Positions 1-13,900 of a stretch of DNA of 64,000 bases are shown here, one piece after another; positions within the stretch are counted from its first letter, which is position 1; each line of letters begins with the position of its first letter. Made by a program: the position numbers and the translations under genes. This DNA comes from Antedon mediterranea (taxonomy: Eukaryota; Animalia; Echinodermata), in NCBI RefSeq assembly GCF_964355755.1, contig NC_092671.1, positions 5,828,001-5,892,000 on the forward strand, written 5' to 3'. The notes under the pieces are model-generated. The model made no database searches, was not told the origin of the DNA, and saw only the letters and a list, made by a program, of their open reading frames with translations.

Positions 1-262
1 CGCAAGCGTGTTGACCAATGACAAGCAACAGTGCGAATAATCCATCGCTCATTGACGTTGCGTTACGTCCTTGTGTTGCGTCTCTAGTGGGAACCAAGCA
101 TTAAGCTTGGTTTTCACTAGTACGTAGGCCTACGTTGACGCAATGCAAGTGAGTTGACCAATAACAAGCGACAGATCGAGTAATTTTGATTGAAAATGTC
201 GCTTGTGATTGGTCAACTCACTTGCGTTACAACCTACCTGCTACGTCGTTGCGTTACGTCCA
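1..262. mobile_element. Two adjacent family-B Harbinger-type MITE copies (first truncated by the window edge)
   Basis: ...CTAGTGGGAACCAAGC (ends ~100) is immediately followed by GCTTGGTTTTCACTAG..., with the same TGACCAATGACAAGC / TGATTGGTCAA internal blocks as 56073-56251. Confidence 0.7.
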
Positions 263-779
263 AGTCACCAAAGTTCACCACGTCAAATACATTATGTTTA
301 GTATGCAATTAGAATACAGCAGTATGTTCTTATCTTTTTCGAGGCAGATTCAATGACTTCTGATGATGTAACTAGGCCTACTTATGTATGTTATAATGCA
401 TTTTTAGATGTTTAGGTCTACCTATATTTTTATCACTTATTAAATAAACAAATAATATGATATAATGGTAATTGTAATGCGTTTAATGTGTAATTATGTA
501 ATATTAATCAGTTTAAGATAAATTTCAACTGAATATAATAATTATATTATTATTATAAAACCTATTTACAGTATGCTATCGTCTATGTTTTGGCTTAATA
601 ATATGTAGACTTCTATATTAATAATAAAAGAATATTTTTGCAACGGAAAAAAACTCGTTCACCTGAAAGTTCCAATTTAAAAAAATGAGGAGCCGCCGGA
701 TTTATTATTTCAAACTTTATTCATCTTCAGGAACCATTCAATAATTATCTATCCATTTTTAATCGAGATTCTGAGAACG

Positions 780-900
780 GAAAAACATGCATTGCGCCCT
801 CATTCGGCGACAAGTGTATTATTTATTTCGGAAGAGGATGATGGATTTCGGCGGAGGAGTAGTGTTGCTGCTGCATGTGTGTTGTCTTCTTGTAGATGAT
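780..900 (+). promoter_or_regulatory. Probable promoter/TSS region of NABP
   Basis: Local CpG enrichment, GCGCCCTC motif (~794) and CGGAAG ETS-like core (~829), about 300 bp upstream of the ATG. Inferred from position only. Confidence 0.4.
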
Positions 901-1192
901 AGTGTTTATGTTTTTTTTTGTAAATTGTAAATATTTACTGTCTTTAAACACTGCAAATAAACCTCATGCACTTTTTCCGCTTTTGCTTTGTACTTGAAAT
1001 AGGTTTTTTACAATCAGAAAGTCTTAAATAGATCCCCGATATGTTTAGGCCTAGCGTATGCTAAATTCCTATTCTAAACGTCGTTTGTGAATGCGCCACC
1101 AACTTCTGGTCTACCTAGGCCTACACAATCTTTTGTCAACACAGAAGTAACGTTTTAAATCAAAGTGTTTTGATTGATTGATTGATTCCGTC

Positions 1193-3635
<2,443 letters not shown>

Positions 3636-4249
3636 TTAAGATATTGCATTTTGGTTTTTTTTAAAATAAAGATATATCTTTTGAAAATGCTCATACAAGA
3701 ATTTAATTTCAATAACATTTTTTGAAATTTACTACTATATGTCAATAAACAAAATAGTCTTGTTCTATGATTTTGTTAATAATACCATTTAAGGGAAGGA
3801 TTGATGGTCTGCGGTTTAAGTCTATGATATTCAGAAGATATTTTAGTTGAAACCAAAATATGATAATGAATTAATAGGAAATACTGTATACAGTATTACT
3901 TTATGGGAGAATTGTGTATCTTTTGTTTATTAATGCATATTAAATATGTATTGTCTATTTTATTTTAATAAAGTATTATTTTGGTAAATAAAGTGCATTT
4001 ATCATGTGTCTGACTGAAAACTGTTTGTGTTCTTGTTTTTTGAACTGTAAACTTATTTAATTTTGAGAAATATTTTGTCCATAATTGATTTATAAAGTAT
4101 GTAGTGTTTTTTTTGTGTACTGTTTTATTCAAATTGATTTTTATGTCAATCAGAAAAAGAAAAATTAGAATGTGTATTCGTATTACATATTTCACACAGT
4201 GGTAAATTATGCGTCTGTACAAAAAGGCTACATTCTAATCTGGGTCATG

Positions 4250-4372
4250 TGTGTGTCAGGTTTATTTATTATGTTCGCCGCGCCTCCTGTCGGTCGTCGT
4301 GTAGTAGGATCGTAAGTAGAGAAGTTACGATGGACCCTTTCTAAAGTAGCTATTTCACGGCCAAATAAAAGG
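4250..4372 (+). promoter_or_regulatory. Probable promoter and non-coding first exon of SLC35F5
   Basis: CpG-rich patch with GCGCCTCCTGTCGG (CTCF-like, ~4280) and a donor-like AAAG|GTAAAA at ~4372. A strong acceptor TTTTACAG at 7848 precedes the ATG exon. Confidence 0.45.
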
Positions 4373-4585
4373 TAAAATTTCCAAATTTTAACGTAGTTCA
4401 AATGTTTGAATGAAAATGGTGTATTTGGAATAGCTGTAACTACTGATAGTTTCCAAATTGGAATGAAATAAATCCGTCAAAATGTCTACTCTATGCCTAC
4501 TACTACTACTAGGCCTAGTGCCTAGGCTAGTTAGGCCTACTACTACTAGCCTAGTAGTAGTAGGCCTACAAGGCTACTATTGGCT

Positions 4586-7360
4586 GAATACAGGTCAACC
4601 CGTACCCATGCCAACTCGTACCCACCAACTCGTACCCAAATTTTGGCTTACTCGTACCCAAAATTTTGGCTCACCCGTACCCATCATTGGCTAACCCGTA
4701 CCCATCATTGGCTGGCCCGTACCCAAGTTTAATGCTATTTAAAGTATATTTATATAGGCCTATTACAGTTAAACCCAGTTTTATTACATTTTTAGATCAT
4801 ATGTTCGATATTATAATGGCAAAAACTATTTACCTAAGTATAATTTATGTACAGACTCGTACGAAAAAAGCACAGCTTTCATCGTATTTGGGTCGTAGTT
4901 AAATTAATACTTGAGGGCGTTGTTTTACATGGAAGATGTCAGTGGTCGGCTGTGCTGCATTCTATTTATTTTTTCATTTTTGAATAGTTATTGATCTATT
5001 ATTTACTACGAATAGCCTGTACACACTTTTCATTTTATTTTACAGATAATGAAGTAATGTGCTTTTTGAAAATCGTTTTAAAAATGGTTTTTGTTGTTTT
5101 GTTTTGCAAGTTTTGTTTTAACATTTCGAAAACATTTTTAAGTAGTCACTCGTATTTTTAAAATCACGAAACTATTTAAGTGGATACCAGCCTCATTTTT
5201 GCTGCTAAGGACCATTTTAGAATAATGAATCTAAGTAGATTATTGCCGTTTTTAAAACAAATTCCCTAGGACATGATGGATGTGAGAATAATAATAAAAG
5301 GTAACCTCCAATAATTTAACATTTAATTACTAACGACGACATTTGCTGTTATTACGTTTTCATTTTATAATGATTATTACTGTATTATTATGACTAAAAA
5401 CCGAAATAAAATACTACTAAAACTAAAAAAAAAATCATCTTATCGCTGACAGATACGTATGTACAGACACGTGTAGGTATAGGCCTTCAGAACGTTTATA
5501 TTATTTTAGTAAATAAGACGACATCCGTTGCCATGGAAAAACGAGTGTGGGTCATTTATTTGTAGAATATTATAGAATGCGTATTTTTTTTTAAAAGGGA
5601 ATCCCTTGTCAGCAAAAACACGTAGCTGTTATTGAGGAAACATCTACCAAAAATGTTTAATTGCTGTAAACAAACAGATAATTTTACTGAATTATTTAAG
5701 AAAAAAATAAAATAGAAAACGATCGTACGCCACATTGCGTTGTCTATTTTTTTTTACACACTGTAGCTGTTATAGAAGAAAATCTGCCAAAAATGTTTAA
5801 TTGCCTTAAAGTACGTGTATATGATCATTTCACTGAATTATTGATAAATAAAATATATGGAAAACGATCATACGTCATTACTGAGTCGTCTCTTTGACGC
5901 CCTATAAATGCGTGTTTTTTTGTAATAAAAGGTTAATCCCGGTCAGCAAAAACACGTAACACGAAATCTACGCCCCATAGCCCCGCAGGCCTTACAGTAC
6001 GTGTATATGATCATTTCACTGAATTATTAATAAATAAAATATATGGAAAACGATCATACGCCATTACTAAGTCGTCTCTTTGACACCATATAAATGCGTG
6101 TTTTTTTGTAATAAAAGGTTAATCCCGGTCAGCAAAAACACGTAACACGAAATCTACGCCCCATAGCCCTGCAGGCCTTACAGTACGTGTATATGATCAT
6201 TTCACTGAATTATTAATAAATAAAATATATGGAAAACGATCATACGCCATTACTAAGTCGTTTCTTTGACACCCTATAAATGCGTGTTTTTTTGTAATAA
6301 AAGGTTAATCCCGGTCAGCAAAAACACGTAACACGAAATCTACGCCCCATAGCCCTGCAGGCCTTACAGTACGTGTATATGATCATTTCACTGAATTATT
6401 AATAAATAAAATTATATGGAAAACGATCATATACGTCATTAATGAGTCATCTCTTTGACGCCCTATAAATGCGTGTTTTTTTTATAATAAAAGGTTAATC
6501 CCGGTCAGCAAAAACACGTAACACGAAATCTACGCCCATAGCCCTGCAGACTTTACAGTACGTGTACATGATCATTTCACTGAATTATTAATAAATAAAA
6601 TATGGAAAACGATCATACGTCATTTTTTTTTTTATAATAAAAGGTTAATCCCGGTCAGCAAAAACACGTAACACGAAATCTACGAGTAATTCGACCCCAT
6701 AGCCCGAATGTAATCAGGGAAGATAATTAGGTGATAAGAATAAAAAAGTATAAAAATGATACGTTATTGGTTATTTACCTGGGCTTAATTGAATTGTAAT
6801 ACTATACAACAGTTAAAATATTTTTTTATTAATTAATGTTCTTACGTAAATAAATAAAAAGACACATCAAACATACGTTTATAAAACTATAATACTACAT
6901 TTAAATAAATGTTAACAAATATATGCCTAATTAAACGAAGTTTACAATCAAATCAATGGTCATTTTTATTAGCACACATTTCACCGAGACCTGTAAAATA
7001 AAAAAAAACAATTTAAATATAAAAATATTCATACGTCAAAAGCATACCACTAGTTTTGCGCCGATCAAATCATTACAAGTAGGCCTAATTATTCAAATTG
7101 GGTACGAGTAGTCCAAATAATGGGTACGAGTAAGCCAAATAATGGGTACGAGTAAGCCAAATAATGGGTACGAGTAAGCCAAATACTTGGGTACGAGTAA
7201 GCCAAATATTTAGGTATGAGTTGGCATGGGTACGAGTTGGTTTGGGTACGGGTTAGCCAAAGTGGGTACGAGTTGACCAATTATTTGGGTACGGGTTAGC
7301 CAAGTTGGGTACGAGTTGGCATGGGTACGGGTTGGTTTGGGTACGGGTTGACCAGCACCC
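4586..7360. mobile_element. Non-autonomous Mutator/foldback-like DNA transposon (~2.8 kb)
   Basis: Exact 9-bp TSD CTATTGGCT at 4577-4585 and 7361-7369. Termini are GAATACAGGTCAACCCGTACCC and (reverse complement) GGGTGCTGGTCAACCCGTACCC. Subterminal tandem (A/C)CTCGTACCC motifs are inverted at the two ends. No transposase ORF. Confidence 0.85.
5811..6684. repeat. Tandem repeat, ~186-bp unit, ~4.5 copies, inside the MULE-like element
   Basis: GTACGTGTATATGATCATTTCACTGAATTA recurs at 5811, 5997, 6183, 6369 and 6558. The last unit carries an internal deletion. Confidence 0.9.
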
Positions 7361-7902
7361 CTATTGGCTAGCCTAGGCTAGAAGGCTACTAGGCTAGTAC
7401 TAGGCCTAACCGTCAGTCAGTAGGTTACGTCTCCCTAGGCATAAGTAATAAATCCTAACCCCCACTGCCTACGGAGTCCCGGACCCTGCCTACTACTAGC
7501 TGCCTAACTATATAAGGCTTAAAGGGCAAGCAACCTAGCCTCTAACTAAGCCTAGAGGCTATAGCCTGCTGGATGGTACCATGCATAGATAAGAAAACCC
7601 CATTTAAATAACATTACATTCACAATTTTCTATCAAATCCCCCAAATGTCGATCAGGAAAAAAAAGAGTTGCAAATGACATGTGATGGGTCACATGTAAG
7701 GTAAAAGCTTTTCAAAGACCCAACATCAGCAAGCAAGTATCAAGCAAGGATATTAAACACAAAATCTGTTTTACTGTAAAGTATTTTATTCCAGATATAC
7801 AGACAGTACAAACCATAGCAATTCTATTTCTTTATTTTGTTTTTACAGTAGTTTTAGTAAAGTAATTTTAATAGTTAAAATTGAACCTGAAAAATTTCTG
7901 AA

Positions 7903-10900
7903 ATGAGTTTAACCAGCGGACTGACACGTTCCAGGCGGTTGACACTAGGGGTGTTTGTCCTTCTGCTGGTGGATGTTATTTGGGTGTTATCAGCAGAACT
8001 CACAGGCGTAAGTATTACCCATTACATTTGGGACCATTATTATATACAGTATATATATAAACACAACAGGCAAAGAACATTAATTCTAAACCGCCCGGTG
8101 ATATACTGAAATTTAATTAATTAATTTGAAACGATAAAGATGAGGAAATCTGTGAGAATGAGAAAAAGTCGCCCCAACCGAGACTCGAACTCGGACCGCC
8201 TGCTCGATATGCAGATGTCCTAACCATTAGACCACTGGGGCTTTCATGGTATTGTTCGAACTCGATTGGATAGCGACTCTTTAACATTCTCTGCGTTGTA
8301 CGGCGGAACAGCACTAGTCCTCAGTTGTATGCACACGCAACAGAGATCAAATTGATACGCCCTCATCTTTCAGTATTTTTATTCACGAGGCGGGATCTCC
8401 GAAGAGATACTTTTATATATATATAAACACAACAGGCAAAGAACATTAATTCTAAACCGCCCGGTGATATACTGAAATTTAATTAATTAATTTGATACGA
8501 TAAAGATGAGGAAATCTGTGAGATTGAGAAAAAGTCGCCCCAACCGAGATTCAAACTCGGACCGCCTGCTTGATATGCAGATGTCCTAACCATTAGACCA
8601 CTGGGGCTATATTATTATATATTGAATTTCACATCCATTTTTATTAATGTTGTTTGTTTTAAATGACGGTACATCATTTGATGAGTTCATTAGAAAATGT
8701 GAACGTGTTAATTCTCTGATCATGGCCATTAATCGCCACGTTCTTTGTTTCAAGAATGCATATACAATGGAATGCCTTGTTGCATTGACTTTATATATAT
8801 TTATATATATTGTCTGATATCTTGTACGATCTCAACTCTTTTTTTGTTTGTAATCTGTACTATACTATAATTTCTTAGATTAAACTTATTTTTTATATTA
8901 TGTAATCATGGTACTCCAAAATAAAAAGATGAATTTAAAAAAAAGTATTTTATCTTGCATTATATTATTAAGGAACACATTTTATAATGTCTTTATGTAG
9001 GCCAATTGTATTGTAGATTGTGAATCTCCACCATCTACTGATACCCAAATTTACTAAAGTATTTTTTTTATCTGTGTTTGCATTTTATAGTATACCTTTA
9101 AAGAATTCAACAAGCCATTTTTCACCACGTATGTCAAGACCTCAATGTTTATGCTGTATATGTTGGGTTTTTTATTCTGGAAACCTTGGCAGAGACAATG
9201 TATGGAGTGCATACAAAGAGCAAACAAACCTCATCATTTGGTATGTGTTTACTGCACTAAAGCTCTATTTAAGCATATCACTACCATATTTGGACACATC
9301 ACACTTGTTTTGTCAAACTAGTTTGATAGTGTAGACAGAGCTTTAAGCAAGATAAATATAAATACACTTACTACATTTGTTTTCTCATTTATATAATAAT
9401 ATGCAAAAGTAATCAGTTATATTTGCTACATAAGCTAATATTTTATTTATTATTATTGTTGTCCACATTAAGTATCATTTTTCCAGATTGTAAGTGGTGA
9501 TCATTCATCAAGTGAAGAAGATTTACCTGAAGATCATACATTGGTATAAATCAGTCTTTTTAAACATTTTTAAAACTTATTAAAGTAATTAGAAATATAT
9601 ATATGACCAATCTACCATATCATGGCATATGATTACATTCCTCATATTTTATTTAATGTCCCCATATCTATATATAAATTATGGTTAATTCTGACATAGG
9701 CGAGCACAATGCAAAAACTTCGGTACAAATCTCCGCCTTGGATACCTACCTTATCTATCCGAGATGTACCGCGAAACGTAGATTTGATAACATTAGTGTG
9801 CACGCCGACGCTATTGTTCCATATTTATATCTTAGGAAGATATTATAAAGAGTTTTTTAACAACATTTATGATTTCAACATTGGATTTTCCTCTCAATTT
9901 CAATTCTTCCCGGTCAAAGTAATTTCCGGGTTTAAGATAAGTTCACCTTAGTTTCAAATATTTTCTCTCTTTTATACACAAGGGAGCAGTTAAAATAATA
10001 GATTTGACCCTAAAGGTCACTGGAAACAGGCACTTTCCATCAATCAATACAGTGTCTCTTTGGAAGACGGAAAAAAAAATTGGCCATTAATCATAGCCAT
10101 TTCAGTTTTTTGTTTATTTTAAAACATACCACACGTGTGTGAAGGTACAGTAGTTAAATAATAGGAATTATACTGCAAATTAATAAAGATCAAATTAAAT
10201 ATACGCCATAAAGAATCAGAATATATTGTGGGGAATAGTATTATAAAATTACATAGGGAGATTTGATAAGACATTTTTCGAGTGAAATCCCGATAGCTGA
10301 GTTTTATTGAGTATGCTTGCAGGAATAACTGTAGGCTATCTTCCTGTGTCCCGTTAGGACCAAGATGTCTGCCCATGTTGCAAGCCGTAATGTCTTCTTT
10401 CTTGGGCCCACTCTGTCACGGCAGTTAGTTTCAAAAGATGATTAAATTAAATAATGTATTAATAATTATTAGGATGGTATTCATTTGAATAAACGCCTCT
10501 CCAATAAAACATCACTTTGAATAATAACCCCCCCCCCCCCCACAACCCAACTATCTAATAAACGTCCATCCACATATTTATAATAACACAATTATACTAT
10601 TTGTAGTAGAATTCACCGCACTGTTATCTGCAATTTACCAAGCATTTGTTATTCTTTTTTACCACTTTTCATATCTATGAGAGGATTTCATTTGATTATA
10701 AATGTTACCATATTATTAGAACTAAAAAATTTAACATATATCCCTCGAATAAGCACCTCCCTCAAATGACCTCCGCCTCCCCAAAGGGCCCTACGAAACA
10801 ATAAAAACTATACTTTAAAATGTTATTAATCATCTAAAACACTGTGAAACAAAGTAGTTTAGTTTTACGAATGTCAAGCATTTTCAATAATGGTAACGAC

Positions 10901-13900
10901 AGAAAATGTATAAGGAGAACATTATCATTCCGAGAACCATTGTCTACACTTCCTAGAGGGGGAGCGAGCGAAGCGAGCTCACCCTCTAGTTATTTAAATT
11001 AAACATATTATTTAAATTTCCCATATTATTTCAATTCCCTATATTATTTAAATTCAACACATTATTTAAATTCAACATATTTTAATTTCCACATTATTTA
11101 AATTTCCCATATTATTTAAATTCAACATGTTATTTAAATTTCCATATTATTTCAATTCAACATATCATTTAAATTTCCCATATTATTTAAATTCCCTATA
11201 TTATTTAAATTTCCTATATTATTTAAATTCCCCATATTATTTAAATTCCCTATATTATTTAAATTCCCTATATTATTTAAATTCCCCATATATTATTTAA
11301 ATTCCCCATATTATTTCAATTTCCCATATTATTTAAATTCCCCATATATTATTTAAATTCCCCATATTATTTCAATTCCCCATATTATTTAAATTCCCCA
11401 TATTAGTTAAATTCCCTATATTATTTAAATTCCCCACATTATTTAAATTCCCCACATTATTTCAATTCTCCATATATTATTTAAATTCCCCACATTATTT
11501 AAATTCCCCATATATTATTTAAATTCCCCATATATTATTTAAATTCTCCATATATTATTTAAATTCTCCATATATTATTTAAATTCCCCATATATTATTT
11601 AAATTCCCCATATATTATTTAAATTCCCCATATTATTTCAATTCCCCATATTATTTCAATTCCCCATATTATTTCAATTCCCCATATTATTTCAATTCCC
11701 CATATTATTTCAATTCCCCATATTATTTAAATTCCCCATATATTATTTAAATTCCCCATATATTATTTAAATTCCCCATATATTATTTAAATTCCCCATA
11801 TATTATTTAAATTCCCCATATATTATTTAAATTCCCCATATTATTTAAATTCCCCATATTATTTCAATTCCCCATATTATTTCAATTCCCCATATATTAT
11901 TTCAATTCCCCATATATTATTTCAATTCCCCATATATTATTTAAATTCCCCACATTATTTAAATTCCCCATATATTATTTAAATTCCCCATATTATTTAA
12001 ATTCCCTATATTATTTAAATTCCCCACATTATTTAAATTCCCTATATTATTTAAATTCCCCACATTATTTCAATTCCCTATATTATTTAAATTCCCCATA
12101 TTATTTAAATTCCCCATATATTATTTAAATTCCCCATATTATTTCAATTCCCCATATATTATTTAAATTCCCCATATTATTTCAATTCCCCATATTATTT
12201 CAATTCCCCATATTATTTCATTTCCCCATATATTATTTCAATTCCCCATATTATTTAAATTCCCCACATTATTTAAATTCCCCACATTATTTAAATTCCC
12301 CACATTATTTAAATTCCCCATATTATTTAAATTCCCCATATTATTTAAATTCCCCATATTATTTAAATTCCCCATATTATTTAAATTCCCCATATTATTT
12401 CAATTCCCCATATTATTTCAATTCCCCATATTATTTAAATTCCCCATATTATTTAAATTCCCCATATTATTTCAATTCCCCATATTATTTCAATTCCCCA
12501 TATTATTTAAATTCCCCATATTATTTAAATTCCCTATATTATTAAAATTCCCCACATTATTTAAATTCCCCACATTATTTAAATTCCCCACATTATTTAA
12601 ATTCCCCATATTATTTAACTTCCCCATATTATTTAAATTCCCCATATATTATTTAAATTCCCCATATATTATTTAAATTCCCCATATTATTTAAATTCCC
12701 CATATTATTTAAATTCCCCATATTATTTAAATTCCCATATTAATGAAATACAAAGTGTATCCTCCATTATACTCAATATTAAATATTTTATAATCACCTA
12801 TTCACTGTAATACAAATAAGGTCATTTGCATATTGGAATTTATACTTTTTTTTTATTTTTAGAGTGATCCTCTTTATGTGCCTGTAAAATTTGATGATAG
12901 TGACAAAGTTAGTAGCAGAAGTGACAGTTTTAGTGACTCTGCTGACCCTTGTAAGTTTGAAATTGGTGACAATTTATCTATTAGATTGATATATGGAGCA
13001 AGTGGGTGGTTGGGTAGACAAGTGGTTAGGACACAGAGAGACCTGTGCTTAAACTCCCAGTCTAATTAGCTGTTGAAAATACTAGGGATGATTATGCGAC
13101 GTGGTACTGGCCACCCTACCACATAATGCTGAGGATTAGTAACAGCTCATTCCTCTACAGTAAGAAATGAATACAGGACTCACCTTTAATGGTTGCTTAC
13201 AAGTTTCTCAACTTACTTGCTTAAATACTTGCAATGCTCACAAATTGTCAGAGGCTAGATCTCAAAACAGACTAGACGAATAAGCCTATTGACTCCAATT
13301 TCCATGGGATTTTCACAATAATATGTTTGCTCCCCTCTAGTATATAGTAAAATTAAAGGAGTTGATTTTAAAAACCACACAGCACCCTGTTTTAAGTTTT
13401 ACAAATTTGTTTTTTTCTTTCTACAGCAAAACATGTGAGATTTAGTAATATAATGGAGGTTCGACAGTTATCAGGTGAGAATAGTACATTTTTTTGTAAG
13501 TATGATGAATAAGTGAAATTAGAGTTGTGTGTAATAATGTGACTGTGTTACTGTAATGCTGTATTTTTCGTGTTGTGGGTGTCACCTTGCCCTCGATTGG
13601 ACATACACTCTGTAGTGACCTTTTTTGCACAACACAGCATGTGATTATGCAAGTTGTAAATTTATTCTGCACACGCTCAGAACAGAAGATGACTATTAGA
13701 CGCTGCATAGTCACATGGAACATTATTAAAACGGAAGATTGCTAATTGTTTTTTCTTTTTTTCAATTTAATTTCAAGAACATTTATTAATTTCAACAATG
13801 AAAAAATAAAAATACATACAATATAATTAAAACATTTTAAAGACCATTAAGTAAGGTCCGAATTTTTTAATTGTTCTTATATGTACACTTGCCCATGTAA

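Larger units (their letters stand above)
8050..8607 (-). mobile_element. Direct-repeat element (~190-bp repeats each containing a tRNA-like gene, ~175-bp internal region) anchored in (AT)n
   Basis: 8050-8241 is repeated at 8416-8607. Each copy starts at a short (AT)n on the + strand. The unique middle 8242-8415 contains an ATCTC-TTCG-GAGAT hairpin on the minus strand. Confidence 0.65.

Noticed and set aside
838-923. Upstream ATG ORF before NABP
   Set aside because: It is short with no recognisable homology and is at most a uORF.
4482-4902. ORFs with PTRTH / PYPSLA repeats (and 7089-7280)
   Set aside because: These are translations of MULE TIR tandem motifs, with no splice or homology support.
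8170-8241. Functional link between the Asp-like tRNA and its host gene via queuosine transport
   Set aside because: That activity is attributed to SLC35F2, not SLC35F5, and the tRNA-like sequence sits in a repeat element. Coincidence is more likely.
8242-8415. Hammerhead ribozyme in the tRNA-bearing element (CTGAGGA on the minus strand)
   Set aside because: No properly spaced stem II plus GAAA and no stem III/UH could be built by eye. An Infernal/RNAMotif scan would be needed.
9695-10377. Possible TIR element CATAGG...CCCATG
   Set aside because: The terminal match is too short and there is no TSD.
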